Virus record (IMG/VR): IMGVR_UViG_3300030329_005813
Location: 64,001 to 128,000 of that record
From: a virus
Reading direction: 5' to 3' (one strand)
Length of the DNA stretch: 64,000 nucleotides
The position numbers were made by a program, and so were the translations under genes. The notes beneath the pieces are model-generated. The model was not told where the DNA came from. It worked only from the letters and a program-made list of their open reading frames with translations, and did not search any database. Below, in pieces: positions 57,486-64,000 of this stretch (positions are counted from its first letter, which is position 1; the number at the start of each line of letters is the position of its first letter).

Positions 57486-59281
57486 TATTCAATCGTTCCT
57501 TTGATATCAGCATCAGGATATTTAAGTTCCATACACACATTGTCTGGCACACTTACAAATCTACCGTCCGCTGATAACTGCTGATTAAAATTCATAGATG
57601 TGCTTGAGTAAGCACCCGTGGTGCGAGGCATTATTTTTACGTTTTTAACATCGATGATTCCAGGCACGTCTTTATTTAAAATATTGTATATATCAGTAAT
57701 ATATAATCTTTCTCCCATGTATAGAGGCTGAGCATACATCGCGGCAATTGCATTCTGGGCGGCTGCCAACACTTGAAATTTATTAAAACTTGGGTCTGCT
57801 ACGGCATGAAACTCAATTGCAAAATTAACTATTTTTCCGTCTAAAATATCAATCGTATCGTGAATCATTTTGTAGTTGTTTAACCACATTTTTAAATTTT
57901 CTTTCAATGTGTTATTAGCTTGAACAAGATAACGATTCTGATTTTCGGCTAAAACATACATATTTAAGTTTCTTTTGAAAGAGTCTGGGTCTTGTACCAC
58001 CCGAATTCTTTTAATTGTTCCAAATTTTGGCGGCATAGCGTATGAAATAGCCTCAAAATCCTGTAGTGTAACAGCGCGATTTTGTGTTGCGAAATGATCA
58101 TAAGCTCTTCGCTTGATTTCATCAGCCGTTGGGAAAGACACACTACCAACAATTGGCTCTTCGTTATATACTTCTATAGACTCTCTAATTGTTCTTTGGG
58201 TTGCGGTGGGCACCTTGTCAGGACTGTTGTAAGTTACAATGGCATTATCTACCTTATCTACAGCACCAATTCTAGCATTTGTATTTCTAGTTGTATTTTC
58301 TCTATAGGTAATCGTTAATATTGTATTAGATGGACCGACGCCAAACTTGTCGGTTTCTAATAGTTTTGCGGGATCAAAACTTGTATCACTAATAAACTCT
58401 CTACCGTGCATTTTTAATGCTATATTTGTTGGCTCCGCAACTGTTGTGGTTTTTAGCTCTGAGTCCGAACCATATCCAAATTGAAGATAATACTTTCCGT
58501 CTTCTCTTTCTACCACAAATCTTCTAGCGGCAACAAAAGGTTTCATAATTGCCGGGGTCGAATCTCCGTCAGTGCCTCTATTCGTTACGGATTTATAGAT
58601 TACATTTTGTGATAAATAGTCAACCTCGTGATATTCGTGCCCCTCTTCATCGACAACTGATACTATTTCTGTCAACTGTCGCGAAGACAATGGAATTTTT
58701 CTAAATTTTATAAAGTCTCCAATGGTTATTCGCTCTCTGCTGAACCCACCGGATATTATTTTACCATAAGCTTTTATAGCGTATGACGTAGGTATACCGG
58801 TTGAGTCGTTAACTCGTGCGGCCACAACTTCATTAAATGCATTATCAAATCGAACGTCTTCATCCAATATGTATTTATTACCGGTTTGAGACGAGACTGT
58901 TGTACCTCTTTTTAAAATAGGCTTATATGTACTATTCGGACCAAGACCAACATCATTAGCTGGTACAATACAGAAAAATGCTGCGACACCCACAGCCGAT
59001 GGAACGCCCCGATATTTAAATCCGAGTTGTTTCGATAATCTAACAACATTTGTAAACTCTGCTGTTGAGTCAAGAAATGATTCATTAACCTGATAGTCTA
59101 GATAAAAAGACATAATGTCGCCAACGTAAGCAACTGTATCTAATATTAAAGACCCAAATGAAGCTTGATTAAAATCTTTATATACTTCTGGATAATAACG
59201 CTTGGCATACTGTACCAGATCACTCTTGATAGTGTCGAATTCTCTGTTTGTGTATTTAATGGGTGTTTTTAAATTAGCCAT
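57485..59281 (-). CDS. baseplate wedge protein (T4 gp6 / baseplate J-like)
   Basis: REFDTIKSDL, DFNQASFGSLILD, NESFLDSTA, LQFGYG, TQNRAVTLQDF. Confidence 0.85.
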   Translation of the reverse strand: MANLKTPIKYTNREFDTIKSDLVQYAKRYYPEVYKDFNQASFGSLILDTVAYVGDIMSFYLDYQVNESFLDSTAEFTNVVRLSKQLGFKYRGVPSAVGVAAFFCIVPANDVGLGPNSTYKPILKRGTTVSSQTGNKYILDEDVRFDNAFNEVVAARVNDSTGIPTSYAIKAYGKIISGGFSRERITIGDFIKFRKIPLSSRQLTEIVSVVDEEGHEYHEVDYLSQNVIYKSVTNRGTDGDSTPAIMKPFVAARRFVVEREDGKYYLQFGYGSDSELKTTTVAEPTNIALKMHGREFISDTSFDPAKLLETDKFGVGPSNTILTITYRENTTRNTNARIGAVDKVDNAIVTYNSPDKVPTATQRTIRESIEVYNEEPIVGSVSFPTADEIKRRAYDHFATQNRAVTLQDFEAISYAMPPKFGTIKRIRVVQDPDSFKRNLNMYVLAENQNRYLVQANNTLKENLKMWLNNYKMIHDTIDILDGKIVNFAIEFHAVADPSFNKFQVLAAAQNAIAAMYAQPLYMGERLYITDIYNILNKDVPGIIDVKNVKIMPRTTGAYSSTSMNFNQQLSADGRFVSVPDNVCMELKYPDADIKGTIE

Positions 59282-59302
59282 TCATTTCTTCCTTTCTTTT
59301 AA

Positions 59303-59310
59303 TAAATAGT
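59303..59310 (-). promoter_or_regulatory. ACTATTTA putative late promoter motif (gp6-like gene)
   Basis: Intergenic, about 22 nt upstream of 59281. Confidence 0.55.
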
Positions 59311-59313
59311 TTT

Positions 59314-59703
59314 CTAAGAAGAAACAGATAACTCTAAAACGTCTCTTTCGTTAAAAGGTACTATTTTGTACTCAATTCTTAATCCCATAAAATTTTCAGG
59401 CAGGTCTGGATTGTTCAAAGGAGAATTGATGTATAATTTTTCTATTTTAACATATGGCAGATAAGTTGCCAATTGTTCTTTTATTCTACCTTTTAAATCA
59501 TTATATGTTATTTGAGTGTTTTGCCTAAATAAATATCTTTTTATTCCCACTCCAAAATTAATATCCATTATACGTTCACCAGGATTAGTAAAGATTAGCA
59601 TCTTTATATTTTGGGCGGCGACTTGCTTAATATCCTGTAATAGTTCATATGGACCATCTTCTAAAGAAGTATTTAAAGGTAATCTTGCTCCTAAACCTGG
59701 CAT
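59314..59703 (-). CDS. baseplate wedge / sheath initiator (T4 gp25-like)
   Basis: QNIKMLIFTNPGERIMDINFGVGIKRYLF...YLPYV. Confidence 0.88.
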   Translation of the reverse strand: MPGLGARLPLNTSLEDGPYELLQDIKQVAAQNIKMLIFTNPGERIMDINFGVGIKRYLFRQNTQITYNDLKGRIKEQLATYLPYVKIEKLYINSPLNNPDLPENFMGLRIEYKIVPFNERDVLELSVSS

Positions 59704-59727
59704 TTTATTTCTCCTCTGTCTTAACTA

Positions 59728-62700
59728 TTAGTCTTCCGTAAAATCATCTTCTGGATCATAACATAAGTTTCCATCTTTATCGTATGGCCTATCAACTTTC
59801 TTTTGCCAAAGGCGCACATTAAATTTTGGCCAGGGCGGGGCCGTATCTTGCCTGAGCATTTCTTCCATCTCTGTGCTTGTCAATGACTCACTAATATATA
59901 GTGGGTTTTCTAAATTATATAGGTCCATAAAATTGTGTGCAACTATTCTTTTTGTTCTACTAAACGCGTTTTTAAATTCCCATCTCTTAAAATTAACGGC
60001 AAATGGAGACAGGTTTAATCCTCCACCATAATATTCACTAGGGGCAAATGGACCACTGGGTTTATACCAACCGTCGTTATCTTCGCCTTGGCCGGGGCGG
60101 CCATGAGTATCGACCCACGCGCCGGGAAATTCATATGGGCCTTCCATTGTTCCATCAGCACCCTCAGCCCCTGCCTTGCCAATAGAGGGCGGAAATGCGT
60201 TAATAATGTATACTGCTATGACTGACATAATTCTTGGCATATTAAAACAATATCTAAAAAGCATCTTGTACTCTGGACCACATACCAAGCCCTGTATTAA
60301 CGGGGCCATACCACCTATACCATCATATGAATCATACCAACTTGCATCAGCTAAATCTGTACCCATCGGCATAACTAACTCACTTTTTACTAGTGGTATG
60401 CTCATTGGATTTTCGTCTACATTAGAAGTACCTATGGAAAAAGCTTTATTATTTTGTCGTGTAGCAGCCGGATAATAAGAAGTTACTGTGCTGAGTAATT
60501 CTTTTAGATTAGAAGATTTTGGCAGTATGGATTCCGTACTTTTATTTGGTGGAACAAAAACAATTCTTAACCCATAGGACCAGGATTGCCATAAATCAAC
60601 TTTTTGAAGATTTAAAGGTTCAAAAATTGATGCCTTTGATGCTAACCAAGCTTGCCACTCTGAGGCCTTTACCACTCCGAATAAATGTGGGTCGCGACTC
60701 TGGACATGTTGCCGCCAAACTTTTGGTATTCCACTGGACTCAAGATCGCCATACTTAGACCTTAAACTACTAAGAACAGCCGTTGTATTTGCTGCGCCGG
60801 CGACAAGATTTACAAAATATTGCTCGTCGTAGTCCTCCACGTAAATATAACTCTCTAATACAAAAGGTGAATAACGATTTTTACTTTCATTGGAAGGTTC
60901 AAGAGCGCTTGGAGACATAGGATTTAAGCGCTCTTCGGCGTCGGGATTTGAGTATTTTTCAAAAAAGATATTAGAATCTCCCGCATAGCCCGATATCTTG
61001 GGGTTGACCGCGTTATGCACAACGGCAAAAGGATTTGCTAAACTAGATGGTTTTGCAAAAGTATTAAAATCAATATTACCATAACACCCATATGTTGAAT
61101 CACCCAAGAAAGCTTCATATAAAGTTTTGTACTCTGGTGGGATTCTTTTTGAAAACTCTCCGGAAATATAAGCCAACTCTTCTTTAATATATCTAGATAA
61201 TATTATTTCTGCGTAGGGCTCCACTTCTCTCATAAAGTAGTCCCACGATCTTTCTTTTAATTTTCTAGCTTCTTCAATACTAAGAGCATTGTCATTATTT
61301 AGTGGATTTAAAAATCCTTTTGATATATTTGCCAAGTGCTCACGAAATATACTAGGTGGCATTACTCTTTTTAGTTTTTCGCCGGTATTAGCATATGGCT
61401 TATCGCTTGTAAGTGTAGGATCTTTTTTCCATATACCTTGCAGACCGTTAATGATATCAACTGCTTCTTGTTCTTCTGTAGTGGCCTCGACCAAACCAGC
61501 GTCCAGCTTGCGACCAAAGTTTTGTACCGCTTGCTCTAAAAACTGAAAATAATACTCATCATTTTTTCTTCTGCCAAAACCCTTAACTGAGTATTGTAGA
61601 AATCCGTCTTTTAATGTCTGAGTTATATATCGAGCCAAAAGACTATCATAAACTTCATTAAAGTCGGCCTTAAACTTAACAAAACTTGGCATGCCTTTGA
61701 GGACAGCTTCAGTAATATAGATTCTTATTGTTGATTTAATCAAGCCCTCTATCATTGAAGCTGTCGATCTTCTCATTACTTTGCCGCAGGGAGGCTCCAA
61801 AACACAATGAGAACTTTGATTTATTCTTGGATCGTCAGCTATTTTTTTGTGAAACTCCATCACTTGCTTACCGATTTGTTTAAAATCAACAATATTTTTT
61901 CTTTTTGGGTCGCATGCATCAACTTCGGGTATCATTTTATCTGCTATTCCACACCATCCATTTCTATTTTGTGGCGGCTGCATATAGAATGATGGAAAAA
62001 CATCGTTTCCTCCAAATGCTATAGGGTCGATTGGTTCTGGAAGACCAGTTACTGGATGTCGATGTGTCTTGTCTAGATTGATTTTTCTAGGGGCATATCT
62101 TACTGGATCATTTCCGCTGAAGGTGCTTCCACCTTCACCATAAAGAAATGCTGTATTGTTATGTCCTATCATACTAGCTAATGAATTAAAAAGACTAGTA
62201 TTAATATAGCCATACATTTCTGTTGCACATATTTCTGCAATATTACTAAAAGATTGAGCGATTGCAGCACCTTCCATGATTGGGGTCGCTGCGGGCCACT
62301 CGTCTCTTAAGATTTTTTCTATGTATTTACCAAATACAACTCCTTGAGCCGATAGCCCAGCAGAACTAGCTATAGTATTATTTTTAATTTGATTAATTGT
62401 TTCTTTGACAGTTTTTATTACTTCGTCAATTGAAGTCTGTAGTTCGTCGCGAACATTTTGAAGTTCAGTTCGATCATAAGTTTGACCGCCAAATTGACCG
62501 GTATCTGGGGTTATTATTTGCTCTACATCTATTTCCCTAAGGGCAGGAAGTAGACCATTTTCTAAATGAGCATATTCATTTGATGGTGCATTTGAAATAT
62601 TTACTGAATGCAAATCTAAAGTTAAATTAGTTGCATCAACATAAACTTTGTTTGAGTTGTAAATCTGTGAGGCCTCACGTATTTCAACCCTTAAATTGTA

Positions 62701-63999
62701 TATTGCAGCTTCAATATCTGGATTTCCAGTTGTTTGAGTACTGGGTACCGTTGAACTATAGGGAAAGCCCGCAGTCATGACGCTTTCAATATCTAAGCCT
62801 AATTCATCTTCAATGTATTCTACTATATCTAATGGTATGCCTGGGTCTGTGTCGATTACTACTGTTTCTTTGCCCTTTTCAACTTCTTCGTCTTCTGGTG
62901 GAAGAGCGTCAAAAGAATATTTAAAACTTTCAACTAGTTCCATTCTGTATCTGTTGTTAAGTGTTGTAGCATTATAATCTGAGGCAGTGTACTTAATCTT
63001 GAAAGAATACCAGTCTCTGTTCTTCTTAGGATAGTAGTTGCTATAAGAGAGAATTAAATCCGGGTTACCATTAGCTATAAATTGACGATTCATAAATTTA
63101 TAACCTGCGTCGTGGTGGGCTTCTCCTGGATTTTTTAAGATATATTCTAAATATTTTGCTACTGTTTCTGGTAGCAACATTTCACGGGTATTTTCTCTTG
63201 GACTAAAAATACCAAATATTGCCTGAAATGCTATAAATGCGTGATGGGAGGTTAAACTACGACCATCCCTATCGGATAAAATCATATTTAAAAATCCGGC
63301 TGGTCCCATAAGATCCTGAATATATACTTGCTCAAGTATGGAATACATACCTTCAATGGCTCCAGCGGGACCAGAAGCCACAGCAATTGGGCCTGTAGGA
63401 AGCATTTCGGGCGAAGGATCGCGAGGTAGTATTCCAGGAACTGGACATGACGGATCCGAATAATCATCTAATATTGGAGGCATATCCGCAAAAAGACCAT
63501 TTTGTGCAATATTTGCTAAATCTTCTATGTCAGAGATTGCACGACATTTTAAAGATTTTATTTGAGAGTCTACCAGCGCTGGATCTAAATTTTTATTGGT
63601 TAATAGCATTCTTCTTAAATTATCAACTTCTTCCGCGCCAGAAACATCTGAACAAACTTCTGGAAAAACTGGTAGACCTGGAGAGGTTCTTGTTCTAAAT
63701 GCCGGATCGATCATCGCGCCCAATGACATAAAGAAGGCTTCTATTGCAGCATTATTTGGAAATATGCATAAAAATGATCTATGCCTTAAATTAACCAAAT
63801 GACCAATAGCGTCATACACTTCCTTTGCGGCTATTCCCTCAGTTAAATCAATAAATTCACCCTGTGTTAATACTAATCCGATTTCGTTTAGAAAAGCAGC
63901 CGATTCTTCAGCAGATGGTAAACTTTCGGCATCTGTACACGCTCTGCTAAAAGAACCAAATAAATCTGCTGCTGCCTTATTAATTGTCTCGTCATCAGC
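59728..63999 (-). CDS. large hypothetical protein, 5'-truncated by the window edge (>1420 aa)
   Basis: The frame stays open from the track's GTG at 63819 to the window end (ADDETINKAAADLFGS...). Confidence 0.65.
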   Translation of the reverse strand, partial: ADDETINKAAADLFGSFSRACTDAESLPSAEESAAFLNEIGLVLTQGEFIDLTEGIAAKEVYDAIGHLVNLRHRSFLCIFPNNAAIEAFFMSLGAMIDPAFRTRTSPGLPVFPEVCSDVSGAEEVDNLRRMLLTNKNLDPALVDSQIKSLKCRAISDIEDLANIAQNGLFADMPPILDDYSDPSCPVPGILPRDPSPEMLPTGPIAVASGPAGAIEGMYSILEQVYIQDLMGPAGFLNMILSDRDGRSLTSHHAFIAFQAIFGIFSPRENTREMLLPETVAKYLEYILKNPGEAHHDAGYKFMNRQFIANGNPDLILSYSNYYPKKNRDWYSFKIKYTASDYNATTLNNRYRMELVESFKYSFDALPPEDEEVEKGKETVVIDTDPGIPLDIVEYIEDELGLDIESVMTAGFPYSSTVPSTQTTGNPDIEAAIYNLRVEIREASQIYNSNKVYVDATNLTLDLHSVNISNAPSNEYAHLENGLLPALREIDVEQIITPDTGQFGGQTYDRTELQNVRDELQTSIDEVIKTVKETINQIKNNTIASSAGLSAQGVVFGKYIEKILRDEWPAATPIMEGAAIAQSFSNIAEICATEMYGYINTSLFNSLASMIGHNNTAFLYGEGGSTFSGNDPVRYAPRKINLDKTHRHPVTGLPEPIDPIAFGGNDVFPSFYMQPPQNRNGWCGIADKMIPEVDACDPKRKNIVDFKQIGKQVMEFHKKIADDPRINQSSHCVLEPPCGKVMRRSTASMIEGLIKSTIRIYITEAVLKGMPSFVKFKADFNEVYDSLLARYITQTLKDGFLQYSVKGFGRRKNDEYYFQFLEQAVQNFGRKLDAGLVEATTEEQEAVDIINGLQGIWKKDPTLTSDKPYANTGEKLKRVMPPSIFREHLANISKGFLNPLNNDNALSIEEARKLKERSWDYFMREVEPYAEIILSRYIKEELAYISGEFSKRIPPEYKTLYEAFLGDSTYGCYGNIDFNTFAKPSSLANPFAVVHNAVNPKISGYAGDSNIFFEKYSNPDAEERLNPMSPSALEPSNESKNRYSPFVLESYIYVEDYDEQYFVNLVAGAANTTAVLSSLRSKYGDLESSGIPKVWRQHVQSRDPHLFGVVKASEWQAWLASKASIFEPLNLQKVDLWQSWSYGLRIVFVPPNKSTESILPKSSNLKELLSTVTSYYPAATRQNNKAFSIGTSNVDENPMSIPLVKSELVMPMGTDLADASWYDSYDGIGGMAPLIQGLVCGPEYKMLFRYCFNMPRIMSVIAVYIINAFPPSIGKAGAEGADGTMEGPYEFPGAWVDTHGRPGQGEDNDGWYKPSGPFAPSEYYGGGLNLSPFAVNFKRWEFKNAFSRTKRIVAHNFMDLYNLENPLYISESLTSTEMEEMLRQDTAPPWPKFNVRLWQKKVDRPYDKDGNLCYDPEDDFTED

Positions 64000-64000
64000 T

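Noticed and set aside
58613-58620. ACTATTTA copies inside coding regions (58613, 21575)
   Set aside because: They are intragenic and could be chance in AT-rich DNA. The 21575 copy, about 120 nt above the leader genes, is possible but unsupported.
1-64000. Stop-codon reassignment (alternative genetic code), as seen in some large phages
   Set aside because: Long genes are intact under code 11, and TAA, TAG and TGA all terminate well-defined genes.
1-64000. tRNA, rRNA, CRISPR array, integrase or IS element
   Set aside because: Intergenic gaps are short. I saw no cloverleaf, regularly spaced repeat-spacer array, or transposase/integrase motif.

Overview
This window is a 64 kb slice of a large lytic myovirus genome (T4-like/'huge phage' type Caudoviricetes). 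It is AT-rich, uses the standard genetic code, and every credible gene lies on the minus strand. Transcription runs right to left through: (1) baseplate and tail-tip genes (a large truncated protein, gp25-like, gp6-like, a 3117-aa LamG-containing protein and several uncharacterised structural proteins); (2) a small DNA-processing island (RuvC-like resolvase, primase-like protein, four small leader-bearing genes, and an Mre11+Rad50 single-chain fusion); (3) holin/spanin-like membrane genes; (4) terminase, portal, prohead protease, head fibre/decoration genes, a phage-encoded ribosomal protein bS21, scaffold and major capsid protein; (5) neck, tail terminator, sheath, tube, tail chaperone, tape measure and gp48/gp53-like genes. 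The most notable observations are: a family of 5-7 unrelated small proteins sharing an N-terminal MKITKxQLxQIIKEEL leader, a candidate capsid-targeting cassette repeated at DNA level; an unannotated start-less gp51-like ORF reachable by a +1/-2 frameshift on a U7 run at the end of the gp26-like chaperone; a 16-codon Arg/Cys micro-ORF in structured RNA just upstream of the prohead protease; a recurring ACTATTTA late-promoter-like motif, which is the reverse complement of the T4 late promoter; and sigma70-type promoters confined to the DNA-processing genes. All functional calls come from motif recognition and synteny. No database searches were run.
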